A stretch of DNA of 64,000 bases, from assembly GCF_006345805.1 (NCBI RefSeq), contig NC_043006.1, positions 87,420,001 to 87,484,000 on the forward strand, given 5' to 3'. The stretch is from Octopus sinensis. Its lineage: Eukaryota. Positions within the stretch are counted from its first letter, which is position 1. Every line of letters begins with the position of its first letter. This document shows positions 11,331-23,640 of this stretch, one piece after another. The position numbers and the translations under genes are program-made. Under the pieces are notes generated by a model. It was given only the letters and a program-made list of their open reading frames with translations. It did no database searches and had not been told where the DNA came from.

Positions 11331-12704
11331 CATACATGTGACATGTAAATGTGTCATAGGTCTATTTCATATTCACACAAAATCATAGATACACATATAA
11401 TAGCATCAAGCCTATATAATGTACTATATTCTATTAACACAGCAGTAATTTTAAAAAGGACATTTGAAAGCATACGCACATGCAGAACAAACATGGCAAA
11501 GGTAATCTATGTAAAAGCTTTTGTGATAGCTGTAAAGCTAATATTAAGCCATTGGGTGTCATACTTCTGTAGATGTTAGTAATAATAATAATACAATGAG
11601 TAAGCGAAAATACAAAGATAATATCAAGCAAAGCATCAAGAGATACATGTAAATATATTGTATGGTAGAGAGAGTGTGGGAAATATATGTAGAGTAAAAG
11701 TAATATTCTATCATGACATATATTTTTAGATAATTACAGTTAGATATAGAGAAATGTGAGGTATCAGCATAACCCTTTTGTGATGAAATTTCTTTTGAAA
11801 TGCACTGACTTTGTTTCAGCAAATTTTGAAAATAATGAATTTTGTAAAATAACTGTCCTCGTTAACTAATTTCTGTTAGTCATTGTGTTCTGAGTTCAAA
11901 TTCCACTAAGGCCAACTTTGCATTTCATTTTTCCAGGGTCAAAAAAATAAATACCAGTTGAACACTGGGGTTAATGTCATTGACTTATCCACTCCGCCAA
12001 ACTTGCTGGCCATGTGTTAAAATTTGAAATCAGTATTGATTTAACTTAGATGTTTGAAATATAAATTAACCTGAAATTTTGGTGGCCATTTTAAAACTTA
12101 GATCACTTTAAAGCGGTTTCTGACAGGTACGTATCAAAAGAGTCAAAATGTATGTTGAAGTCAATGAGGAACCTTTTGTATGATAGCTCAGTTAACTAGA
12201 AATAACAGTCAAATTCCACCAAAACATGCCTAGAAAGAAGCAGAAAAAGAAAGACACTAGATAATGTAGTCTTGGAATATTGTCCTAAAAAAAAACATGT
12301 TGGTCATGCATGGAATGCTTTGAACATAGGGCAAAGTATACCCATGGGAATAAAAGTTTAGTTTGCAACCATACAATTCCTAGCTTTATCCTGCTGTTCA
12401 GTAATTTGGTTATATGCCTTCCAACAGAGCCTGGAGATGTCCAACGCTCTGTGAGTGGAATTTATTTGAAAGAAACTGTACCTATCAATTGTGTGCACAT
12501 GGATGGGGGTGGAAGTAGGTGGGAGTATGTGAAAGCATCCCCTTATGAAATCCTGTAGCCCACAAGACTTTCTACATGGCATGCCTAATGACAAATTACA
12601 TTGAATTCTTTATCTTAATGCAGCTTGGCCTGCCTGGTCATGAATCATAACTCATGTGACTCACTTATCTAGTGTGTGTATGTTTGTTTGAGCTTATATA
12701 TATC

Positions 12705-14235
12705 ATCTTTAACATATCCTGTCCATTTTCCATGCTGGCATGGGTTGGATGGTTTGACTTTAAACTGGTAAGCTGGGGAGCTGCACCAAGTCCCAGTCTG
12801 ATTTGTCGTGGTTTCTACAGCTGGATACCCTTCCTAACACCAACCATTCCAAGAGTGTAGTGGGTGCTTTTTAATGTGCCACAAGCATGGGTGCCAGTTA
12901 TGCAGCGCCAGCATCAACCATGACTATGATCTCACTTGGCTCAACAGGTCTTCTCAGGCATGGTGTGCCACCAAAGGTCTCAGTCACTTGTCAAAGCCTC
13001 CATAATACCCAGTGTTCGAAAGGTGCTTTTTATGTGTCACCAGCATGGGTGCAAGTAATGCAAGACTGGTATAAGCCACAGTATAAGGCTGCGAGCTGGC
13101 AGAAACGATAGCAGGCCGGTATTTCGTCTGCGTTGCGTTGTGAGTTCAAATTCCGCTGAGGTCGACTTTGCCTTTCATCCTTTCGAGGTCGATAAATTAA
13201 GTACCAGTTATGCACTGGGGTCGATGTAATCGACTTAATACCTATGTCTGTCCTTGTTTGTCCCCTCTGTGTTTAGCCCCTTGTGGGTAGTAAAGATATA
13301 GGTATAAGCCACAGCTACAATTTCACTTGGATTGGCAAATCTTCTTAAGCACAGCATATCACCCAACAGTCAAGGGTACTCTTTACATGCCAGTTATGCA
13401 ACACTGGCATCAGCCACAACTAGGATTTCACTTGACTGGGTGGGTCTTCTCAACCACGACATATTGCCAAAGGTCTCAGTGACTTGTTATTGCCTTTGTG
13501 AGGCTAAGTGCTTGAAGATCATGCTTCACCACTTCGTCCCATGTCTTCTAGGGTCTACTTTTTCCACAGGTTCCCTCCACCATTGGAGTTTGGCACTTCT
13601 TCACACAAATATCTTCATCCATATGCATCACATGACCATATCAGCACAGTTGTCTCTCTTGCACACCACATTTGATGCCTCTTATGCCCAACTTTTCTCT
13701 CAAGATGCTTACTCTCTGTCGTGCATGCACACTGACATTACACATCCAGTGAAACATTCCAGTTTCATTTCTTTCAGGCCTACACATGTCCTTGGTGGTT
13801 ACAGCTCATGTTTCACTGCCATGTAGCATGGCTGTTTGTACACAGACATCATACAATTTACCTTTCACTCTGACAGAGAGGCCTTTTGATATCAACAGAG
13901 GTAGGAGCTCTCTGAACTTTGCCCAGCTTATTCTTATTCTATCAGATACACTCTAGTATTCACTCCCACTACTGATTTGGTCAATGGAAGCTATCAACAA
14001 CTTCTAGTTTTCCTCACTGGCATTTGATGAAGTCTATTTTCAGTACATTTTTAGGGTTAATTGTACTTGTGCATCTTCCACACAACAAAACTATTTTCCC
14101 TGTCAACAATCTTCTGATATCGCTGTACCTCTTACATGTTGATTACTTACACTGGGTACATCTTATGGAGTTTCTACCTACCCCTTTTCTACTGATCAAG
14201 CAGGGCCATCTACCTGAAGGGATTTGTGATTTGTC
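12705..14235 (-). mobile_element. Decayed RTE LINE 3' portion, interrupted by a SINE B
   Basis: catc tail and ccatgctggcatggg end at ~12705-12750; degenerate ORF2 sequence at 13500-14235 aligns to 46380-47080, including the PHD start (cagggccatctacctgaagg). Confidence 0.8.
13085..13305 (+). mobile_element. SINE family B (tRNA head plus Nin/Deu-like core), young copy with TSD
   Basis: A-box-like tggcagaaacgatag, B-box gagttcaaattcc, core gcctttcatcctttcgaggtcgataaattaagtacc; flanking direct repeat ggtataagccacag at 13068-13081 and 13301-13314. Confidence 0.9.
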
Positions 14236-14270
14236 TATATATATATATGTGTGTGTGTGTATATATATAT

Positions 14271-14301
<31 letters not shown>

Positions 14302-15101
14302 AAGATTCACATAATATATACAGTATATTTAATATAGGATATACACAGCAGATTATGAATTCAAATACCTAATATATATAATACAAAGAGAATATTTGGC
14401 ACAATCTGATTTGTTGCATTCCAGCAATCACACAGATACTAATCTATTTCATATGTATAGTATAATCTACAAATTATATATATACCATAACATCTATATA
14501 GTATACCTAGCATACAAGGTGTCTACTTCTAGCAGGGTGAGAAATGTTGGGGGCTGGAGTGTAATTTATCTAGTGTATACATATATTTATCTAGTGCATA
14601 CATATATTTATATAATCATCATCATTTAATGTCGATTCTTCCATGCTGGCATGGGTTAGTCAGTTTAGCAAGAAGAGTTGCGTTAGAGGGCTGCACCAGT
14701 TTCTATGTCTGTTTGGACACAGTTTCTACAGCAGGATGCCCTTTCCTAATTCCAATCACTTCATAGAGTGTACTGGGTGTTTTTCACATAGTACCAGCCC
14801 TAGTCAAGGCACCAAGTCCCCATACAACAAGACACCTCAACTGAGTGTGTACAAAATAGAGAGATAAGAAACTAGAATAGAGGGACAGGAGCAGGTATCT
14901 TGTCCACCTAGAAAGGAGAGGGAGGTAGTTGGACATCCAAGGACAACACTGTATACCAATGCCTGCTTTGGCATGTTTCCTACAGCTGGTTGCCTTTCCT
15001 AATACCAACCATTTTACAGCATGTATGGGCACTACTGAGATTGCCATGCAGCTTGCAAGACTATGAAATCTGAAAGAAAATGGGTGTTATTTTTACATAA
15101 G

Positions 15102-15520
15102 GGCATAGGAGTGGCTCTGTGGTAAGTAGCTTACTTACGAACCACATGATTCCGGGTTCAGTTCTACTGCGTGGCACTTTGGGCAAGTGTCTTCTACTAT
15201 AGCCTCGGGCCGACCAGAGCCATGTGGGTGGATTTGGTAGACGGAAACTGAAAGGAGCCTGTCGTATATATGTATATAAATGTGTACGTGAGTGTGTATA
15301 TGTTTGTGTGTCTGTGTTTATTCCCGCCTATCTCAACATTGCTTGACAACTGATGCTGGTGTGTTTGTCCCCATAACTTAGCGATTTGGCAATAGAGACC
15401 GATAGAATAAATACTAGGCTTACAAAGAATAAGTCCTGGGGTCGATTTGCTCGACTAAAGGTGGTGCTCCAGCACGGCCACAGTCAAATGACTGAAACAA
15501 GTAAAAGAGTAAAGAGTAAG
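15102..15520 (+). mobile_element. SINE family A (tRNA head, CORE-like ttgggcaag, central TA/TG microsatellite, (GTAAAAGA)n tail)
   Basis: A box gtggctctgtgg, B box ggttcagttct; highly similar to copies at 18038, 19492, 32187 and 51238. Confidence 0.9.
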
Positions 15521-15952
15521 GGCATGAGGGATTAAAGAGTGAGAGAAGGGGAAATTAAAGCAGGTCCTTGTAGAGGGTCTAAATAGCAATTAACACTTTG
15601 TAGTAGGGGTAGAGAATGAGAAAAGAGAAATACTCAGGAGGAAATGCCAGTAGATAGTGGCAATGAGTGCTTAGGTAGCCCATCAACACAACAAAGATGA
15701 ATAAAAGTGGGTGGAAGGTCTGTAACATTCTATGGGGAATAATGAATGACAAAAGAATAGGAATGATGTAAGCACATTTTTTTTTATGTAACTGCTGTTC
15801 TTTCGTTAATCATTAATTGATATTAATGTGTTTGCTTGATACTTTACTTTAAAGCATTAAATGTACTGAGTTCAAACAACTGATTCTTAATATCACTATG
15901 CCTAAGCAAAATCATGAACTTCAAACATAAATGCTAAATGATAATGATGAGG

Positions 15953-15992
<40 letters not shown>

Positions 15993-17184
15993 ATGTAACT
16001 GTTATAAGTCAATATACAGCATAGCTATTGTAAATAGTATCAAATTAGTAGAGTCATTAGAGCATCAAAGAGGGTGCTTTATGCTCAATTTTTGCCTAGG
16101 TTAGCTAAACCTCTCAGCTTTTGGCATTGATAAAGTTCTAGTTCAGGGCAGTGAATTGAGAGAATGTTAGAGTATGAAAAGAAACTCTTTGTGGTATCTG
16201 TGTCAAGTCCATATGATCTGAATGGTAAGGGTTTTGAAAATTCTTTCAGCAAGTGTCCTCAAGAGAAGTCCTGTACATTTGACAACAAATATCTGGTATA
16301 CATTGCTGCTATTTTTAGCTGGTTAAATGCTTTTTGTAGAGGCTTCTTCATTGGCTCAATGTTTAATTGATATGTAATTATAAAATGATGCAATTCAAAA
16401 GGTAGATAGTAAATTGGTCTAGTAATTAATGACGTTTTTGTTTTTTAATGAAGCAATTCAAGGGCAATTGAGATGAAGGGAGGGACATCAGATGGATAAG
16501 TGTACAGATTCAAACAGGTATGCAAACATAAAACTATAACAATAGTCACAAACATGATATATCTAGAAATTCTATATGTACTCAAATGCTGTTGTTATGA
16601 TGTATACATGCATGTGTATGTACACAGATAAGAGAGAAAAAGTGCAATGACACAAAGATTATAAAATTACACATGCATTTATGAATGAAGCCTAACATGT
16701 TATAGTCATCCAAATACCTCACATTCCTGGTAAACAGTTTATATTGCCTGTAATTTGTTTTACTTACAAATTATTGCCTTTCTCTCTCTCTCTCTTTCTT
16801 TCTCTTTCTCTTTCTTCCAGTGCATTCTCTCTCACGACACTCTTTCTCTTTCTTTCTCACTCATTCTCTCTCTCTTACAACACTCTTTCTGTTGGTGTGT
16901 AAAAAGAAAATTCTATTGAGAAAATGTAAACTGTGAGAGTTTAAGTAAATTATTATGGAAATTTTTCAGAATAAACAATAGCTTTTTGTTAAAATAAAAC
17001 CATTTTGCTTATCAAATAATGGAGATAAATTGATCCAATTTTCTAAACAGTAAAATATTAAAATGGAAAACAGTTCTGAAGGTATTAAGTGATAATACTT
17101 GTTTGTTTTGTCTTTGATCTACAGCATCTTTAATTTTACATTTACTCTAATGTGCGTGTGTATGTGTGTGTGTGTTTGTATGTC

Positions 17185-17222
<38 letters not shown>

Positions 17223-17521
17223 TATAAACATCTGTATTAGATATACATAGTTATCTATATTTATGTGTACTTATTTACACACACATATTTGTTTTGTTTC
17301 TTAGTCTATTTGCTTTTGTTGTTTAATTTCTTAAGTTTTCCTGTCCTTTATTCTTTAGTGATAATCTACGAGACAGAACAGCAGAGTTCAAAATGTAATA
17401 TAAAAAGCAGCAAAATCTTGCATCAAACTGCAGTCTTGCTAAACATTTGAGGATTGAATGAGGATACTGGTCAAAGGTGCATGGATGTAGAGATACATCT
17501 ATATGTATGTATATATATATA

Positions 17522-17735
17522 TCATCATCATCATCATCATTTAGCGTCCGCTTTCCATGCTAGCATGGGTTGGACGGTTCAACTAGGGTCTGTGAAGCCA
17601 GAAGGCTGCATCAGGCCCAGTCTGATCTGGCAGTGTTTCTACGGCTGGATGCCCTTCCTAACACCAACCACTCCAAGAGTGTAGTGGGTGCTTTTTACGT
17701 GCCACCCGCACAGGTGCCAGACAGAGCTGGCATGA
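17522..17735 (-). mobile_element. Short 5'-truncated RTE 3' end in a (TA)n tract
   Basis: (CAT)n-ttagcgtccgctttccatgctagcatggg..., same as the 3' end of the LINE at 45731; TA tracts on both sides. Confidence 0.85.
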
Positions 17736-17785
17736 TATATATATATATATATACACACACACTCACGCACACACACACACATATA

Positions 17786-17819
<34 letters not shown>

Positions 17820-17827
17820 AGTATGTA

Positions 17828-17885
<58 letters not shown>

Positions 17886-18037
17886 TATATATGGCTATAT
17901 AGATAAACAAATATCCTTTTTGCTTCCTCTCTTTATATTATATATATGTATATACATATATATTTGTATCAATGTCGTTCAACCTTTTGTTGGTGTGGTG
18001 TGCATTGATTGTAGGTGTTGTGTTAGCATGTGCTGTA

Positions 18038-18446
18038 GGCACAGGAGTGGCTGTATGGTAAGTAGCTTGCTAACCAACCACATGTTTCCGGGTTCAGTCC
18101 CACTGCGTGGCATCTTGGACAAGTGTCTTCTGCTATAGCCCCGGGCCGACCAATGACTTGTGAGTGGATTTGGTAGACAGAAACTGAAAGAAGCCTGTCA
18201 TATATATGTATATATATATGTATGTGTGTGTGTGTGTGTCTGTGTTTGTCCCCCTAGCATTGCTTGACAACCGATGCTGGTGTGTTTACGTCCCCGTCAC
18301 TTAGCGGTTCGGCAAAAGAACCGATAGAATAAGTACTGGGCTTACAAAGGATAAGTCCCGGGGTCGATTTGCTTGACTAAAGGCGGTGCTCCAGCATGTC
18401 CGCAGTCAAATGACTGAAACAAGTAAAAGAGTAAAAGAGTAAAGAG
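18038..18446 (+). mobile_element. SINE family A
   Basis: Full head, central microsatellite, right module and gtaaaaga tail. Confidence 0.9.
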
Positions 18447-18639
18447 TATATATATATATATATATATATATATGCATGTATGTACATAGAATAACGAATA
18501 TATGAGGGGGTTTCTTGACTTTGAGGGTATCGCGTAAGGCCTGGTTGGAAGCCCAAACTTCCAAGTTCTTTTACAGGGCTCAGAAAAACTGTGAATCTGA
18601 GAGGGGAATATGTTGAATAAAATTATGATTAACTGATAC

Positions 18640-18850
18640 TTTTGTACAGTTCTATATTTAACAGACGTGGAATTACATACAATATTTACATTTGATGGAT
18701 ATTTGTCCTCATCTTCTTTGTTGCTAACAGAACGTTTCAGTTGATATACCCACCAGCCTTCATCAGGCATCTGGGAAAATTTTGAGCCTGGGTTCTCATT
18801 CCTAAGGTATTTTTCGATATTATTGTTATGATCCTTTTGTATTTTCTTTT
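18640..18850 (-). mobile_element. Penelope-like element terminal (pLTR) fragment with degenerate hammerhead core
   Basis: Minus strand CTGATGA-AGGCTG-GTGGGTATAT-CAACT-GAAACGTT, the layout of PLE-associated minimal hammerheads. Confidence 0.55.
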
Positions 18851-18883
18851 ACCCAAAGTCAGCAACTTTTCAGCATCCACCAC

Positions 18884-18966
<83 letters not shown>

Positions 18967-18974
18967 TGTGATTG

Positions 18975-19458
18975 TGACCTCCTCCAGCCATGAATGACCA
19001 TGGAATTGCACCTAGAAAGTTACCCTTCGAGGTACAAGTCTGGGCAAGGTTATTTATGGAAGACTAGCAGTCGCCCACACATACCAGCCTCCCCTCTCCA
19101 TGCTACCAATGTTATCCAAAGGCCGATACAGCTTGGCACCAGGGACGTCGCAGCTCATTTATTACCGTGCAAGTGGCCAAGCATTTCACAGACACGTGTA
19201 CCCTTAACGTAGTTCTCGAGGAGATTCAGCATGACACACAGTGTGACAAGGCTGGCTCTTTGAAATACAGGCACAACAGAAACAGGAAGAAAGAGTGAGA
19301 GAAAGTTGTGGTGAAAGAGTACAGCAGGGTTCACCACCACCCCCTGCCGGAGCCTCGTGGAGCTTTAGGTGTTTTCGCTCAATAAACACTCAATGCCTGG
19401 TCTGGGAATCAAAACTGTGATCCTACAACCGCGAGTCCAGTGCCCTAACCACCGGGCC

Positions 19459-19461
<3 letters not shown>
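18975..19461 (-). mobile_element. SINE family C, tRNA(Arg)-like head
   Basis: Minus strand begins AATGGCCCGGTGGTTAGGGCACTGGACTCGCGG...GTTTTGATTCC (A box, TCG anticodon-like loop, B box) and ends in a CA-rich tract. Confidence 0.65.
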
Positions 19462-19491
<30 letters not shown>

Positions 19492-19493
<2 letters not shown>

Positions 19494-19915
19494 TCTTTTA
19501 CTCTTTTACTCTTTTACTCTTTTACTTGTTTCAGTCATTTGACTGCGGCCAGGCTGGAGCACCGCCTTTTTAGTCGAGCAAATCAACCCCAGGACTTATT
19601 CTTTGTAAGCCCAGTACTTATTCTATCGGTCTCTTTTGCCGAACCGCTAAGTGACGGGGATGTAAACACACCAGCATCGGTTGTCAAGCAATGCTACGGG
19701 GACAAACACACACACACACACATACACATATATACATATATATACATATATACGACAGGCTTCTTTCAGTTTCCGTCTACCAAATCCACTCACAAGGCAT
19801 TGGTCGGCCCGGGGCTATAGCAGAAGACACTTGCCCAAGATGCCACGCAGTGGGACTGAACCCGGAACCATGTGGTTGGTTAGCAAGCTACTTACCACAC
19901 AGCCACTCCTACGCC
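19492..19915 (-). mobile_element. SINE family A
   Basis: Reverse complement of the 18038 copy, including the (ctctttta)n tail. Confidence 0.9.
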
Positions 19916-20519
19916 TATATATATATCAAGAAAATCCAATAGAAGGAAACAAGCTCCTCTTATAGGGATGTAAAACATCCAATTTTCACTGGTTAACTCT
20001 TTAATACCCAATATAGTAGTAAAATTTTCTCCAATACAAAAGTGTATACATACACAATATACAATAATAAAAGGAAAATGGAGAGTTTAAACTGACATAT
20101 GTTAATATATTGACATAATATTATGTTATTATTACTTAAAATGCTAACATGCAAAAATATACTCAAATTAATATTCTTAAATATACACACATATTTTATA
20201 ACCATTACATTAGTTTTTATTTTATATCTTCTTATTTATTTTTTAGAAATTTAATTATTTTTGCTCACAAACAAACACATATAGAAGATGTTTTACAATT
20301 TCAAACATCTCATCTATGATTTTCATCCAGTTTACCCTGATGAGATTCTTACTCAAATATTTCCATAATATGAATTTTTGGTTTGGGGGGTTGAATTGAA
20401 ACAATTGTAGGGATTATATTTATTTTTATATTATTATAATAATAATAATAATAATAATATAATACTATGTTAATAAAATAACACGTGTCGGTTTAAACTC
20501 TCCATTTTCCTTTTATTAT

Positions 20520-20589
<70 letters not shown>

Positions 20590-22966
20590 ATATACATATA
20601 TACACACACATACATATACATATATACATGCAATAACAAATATATATGTACATAAAATGAAAATATGAAAATGAAGTAAAGGAGAAGGAAAATTAAATAA
20701 AATGACACCCCATCTCTCTCTTGCCCAGTGAAAAAAGCCACCCACCCCAGTAAAGTTAGCAGCTTGGAAATAAGCGTACTAGATCAAAATCTAAAGTATG
20801 ATGCATTTTGGTGCAGTTGATAATAAAAATAGAATACAAAGAAGACACCTCCCACCCAGCAGCAAAGGAGACATTTGGGAGAATGTCTTTATTTGAATTA
20901 TTGAATGCACCTATAATAACGACTGCTATATCATCATCACCATCACTATATTTCGTTTTTTATTTTTCCTTTTCTTATTTGTCTTATTGGAAAAATTCAC
21001 AATGATAAATTGGCTGGCTAATCTGATAAAATTTTTTCCGGAATACAAATAATTAGCTAGAGGAAATATACCTTAGAATGAAATTTTAACTAATTAAATG
21101 GCCAAGAGAAGGTGGCTGGTTGAAGCATGGTGGGCAGAGGAAGAAGTTGAGTTGAAGAAAGAAGCAATTGATTTTCATTATTTTCGCAATTTTTACAAAG
21201 GAAAAGAATACATAAAAAGACAAGAAAGACAGAAAAGAAAGCAAGAAAAACACAAATGCAAATATTGATGAAAATAATAATGTTCATCTCTTTTAATGTT
21301 CAATTAATTTCTGGGAACCAATCCTTCTTTTCAATACTGTTTAATCCCCCGTAAACAATATTTGTCTGTATTATATATTTTTTCCTTCTTTTCTTCACTT
21401 GAGTTTCTTCTATTTCAAGTGTAGTAGTTTTGTTTCTGCTTTTCAGCAATATCTTGCTGTGTGGCTGTGAAAACAAATGAGTACTAGGTTTCGTATTTAC
21501 TCTAACTACTCACTTATTACACAGTTCTGTATTTGTATCTTGCTAGAGCCAATTTTGTGTTGCATTTCATTCTTCCGAGGTCAATAAGAGCCAGTAAGAT
21601 ACTCAAATCAATTTAATCAACAACAGATGTCTTCCTCAGAAATTCACCTTGTGCCATGTTAAACAATATCAAGAGTATTAAAGAGTATTTGCATAAGTAT
21701 CTAAGACTATGAAAATGGTCATGAAGCCAAATAGCTAACCAAACACACTACTCGGTAAAGGCATGCCAGTGATGCTTTCTGCATCAAAAATTTGCAGTTA
21801 AGTAGAGATAAATATAATTAAAACACCATAGTGAAGGAAAAAAATTTTCCCTATTTGATTTTTAATAAATTTGCATTTTGGTGTTGTCTAATTTTTATTT
21901 CATAAACAAAATTAATCATAAATGCTAATTGTTTTGCTCCTCTCTGCAGGAGTAATTTTGATTAATTAATTAATTTTTTTTCCTTTTCTTTTTTTTTTCT
22001 GAAATGAAGCAGAAGGATAGAGTGGTTCACCACTAACCCTTTTAGCAGATTGTATCTGAAGTGAATTATTAGCATTAAATAAAGACCATGAGATATGGCT
22101 TATATCAAGCTACTTCCAGCTACCATGTCATCATATGATGAACAGCTAAGATCTAAAGAAAATAATACAATAAGTATAAATTGGTTTGTTTAAAGATACA
22201 ACGTATTTATTGTTACATTTGAAGCCACTGTTGACAGATAATTCCTCCCAAAACACCTGTTAGTATGATATGTGAGGTTAGCAAAAATGGTCTGAAAATT
22301 TATTGTACTGGAAATGCAATCAATAAAACTGCATAACTTAATCTTAGTATGCAGAAATCAAAAATAAAAATAAAACAAAACTGGTTATTAATATGTCATA
22401 TAATGGGAATTTTGGATTGCTAGGTCAAGATTTAATTGTATTCAAGGTCAGCATGAAATGTTTGGAAACTACTGATAAACTGGAAACATTAGAACGACAT
22501 TAAAAATTACAGATGAGAATGTATTAATTTCAACAAGCTAAGCAAACCTGTCTTTATCAAAGTAAACACACTATTGTTAGTTCATAACTTTCTTTCCTTT
22601 AATAATGATATGCATGTCAAGTCTGTACATTTTATCACCTTGAAAAACATCTGTGATGTTGTTTGTTGAAAATACCTATCTATGTAAAATCTGCAGGTAT
22701 ATATTATTTTGCTTGTCTCATATATGTTGTACATGTTATGATTTCAATTATAACTATCCTAACTTTGTAAACACATGCTGATTTTCTATATAACTGTTAT
22801 TGATTTGCATATGTGCTTCTCCTGTAATTGTGTTGTAATTGTAAAACATATGTTTGTCAAATAATTGCAAATTACATTCTATTTATAATATTGTGAACAT
22901 GAATAAATACCACTACTACATCCATTGTCACCAGCAGTTTGTTACACAGACTTAGAATAATTGGTT

Positions 22967-23040
<74 letters not shown>

Positions 23041-23446
23041 CAGTAGTACCAATGACATTGAGAGGTACATTAGGTGTTTTCTACTATAGCCCCAGGCCAA
23101 CCAAAATCTTGGAAATGTATTTGGTAGACAAAACTAAAAGAAGCCCACCATATAAGTATATATATATCATTTAATGAATATAGGAGTTATATGAGAGCTA
23201 TTCAATTTCCATGTTCAGGCAGTGCAGTAATCAGACAGGCTTGTATAGCATACCATGATCCAAACAGCATTCAAGCTCAAAAATATGAATCATTAACATA
23301 TTGTGCATGGTATGCTATACAAGCCCATCTGATTACTGCGCTGAGCATTTTACATATAGTTCCTGTACTCATTAAATGATATTTATCTCTCACTGGATTG
23401 AGAAATTGTTTCTTATCTTAGCAACAATTAAACAATACACTACATA

Positions 23447-23640
23447 TCTATTATACAAGATCCGTTCTGTCTGTCTGAGTGTGTGTCTTCTAGGATCTCA
23501 GGCATCCTCCATCCGATTGCGCTCAAATTTGATATGTAGATACCAACAGTATCAGGGTGTGTATAAGTCTTAAAAAATTACAAAAATCGATTCCAGGTGA
23601 GAATGTGGTCGATAAAGCCGTGGGAACGTGCATTTGTAAA
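23447..23640 (+). mobile_element. Possible non-autonomous Helitron-like fragment
   Basis: A|TC start (tctattatacaag) followed by ctgtctgtctg, ccgattgcgctcaaatttg and aaagccgtggg, motifs reminiscent of short Helitrons; no CTAG end seen. Confidence 0.3.

Noticed and set aside
10647-11357. Long ORFs of poly-(YI/HT/CV), also at 17570-17910, 33529-34026, 52079-52429, 54010-54302 and 59153-62326
   Set aside because: Translations of TA/CA/GT microsatellites that happen to lack stops; no coding signal.
16164-16370. 68-aa ORF in non-repetitive-looking sequence
   Set aside because: No recognisable motif on either strand and no splice-site pair.
19390-19461. tRNA-like sequences here and at the SINE A/B heads
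   Set aside because: A/B boxes are present but there is no complete cloverleaf or acceptor stem, and each continues into a SINE body.
20700-21300. Non-repetitive stretch with several TAATTA motifs, possibly an enhancer
   Set aside because: Such motifs are expected at this AT content, and no conservation or chromatin data are available.
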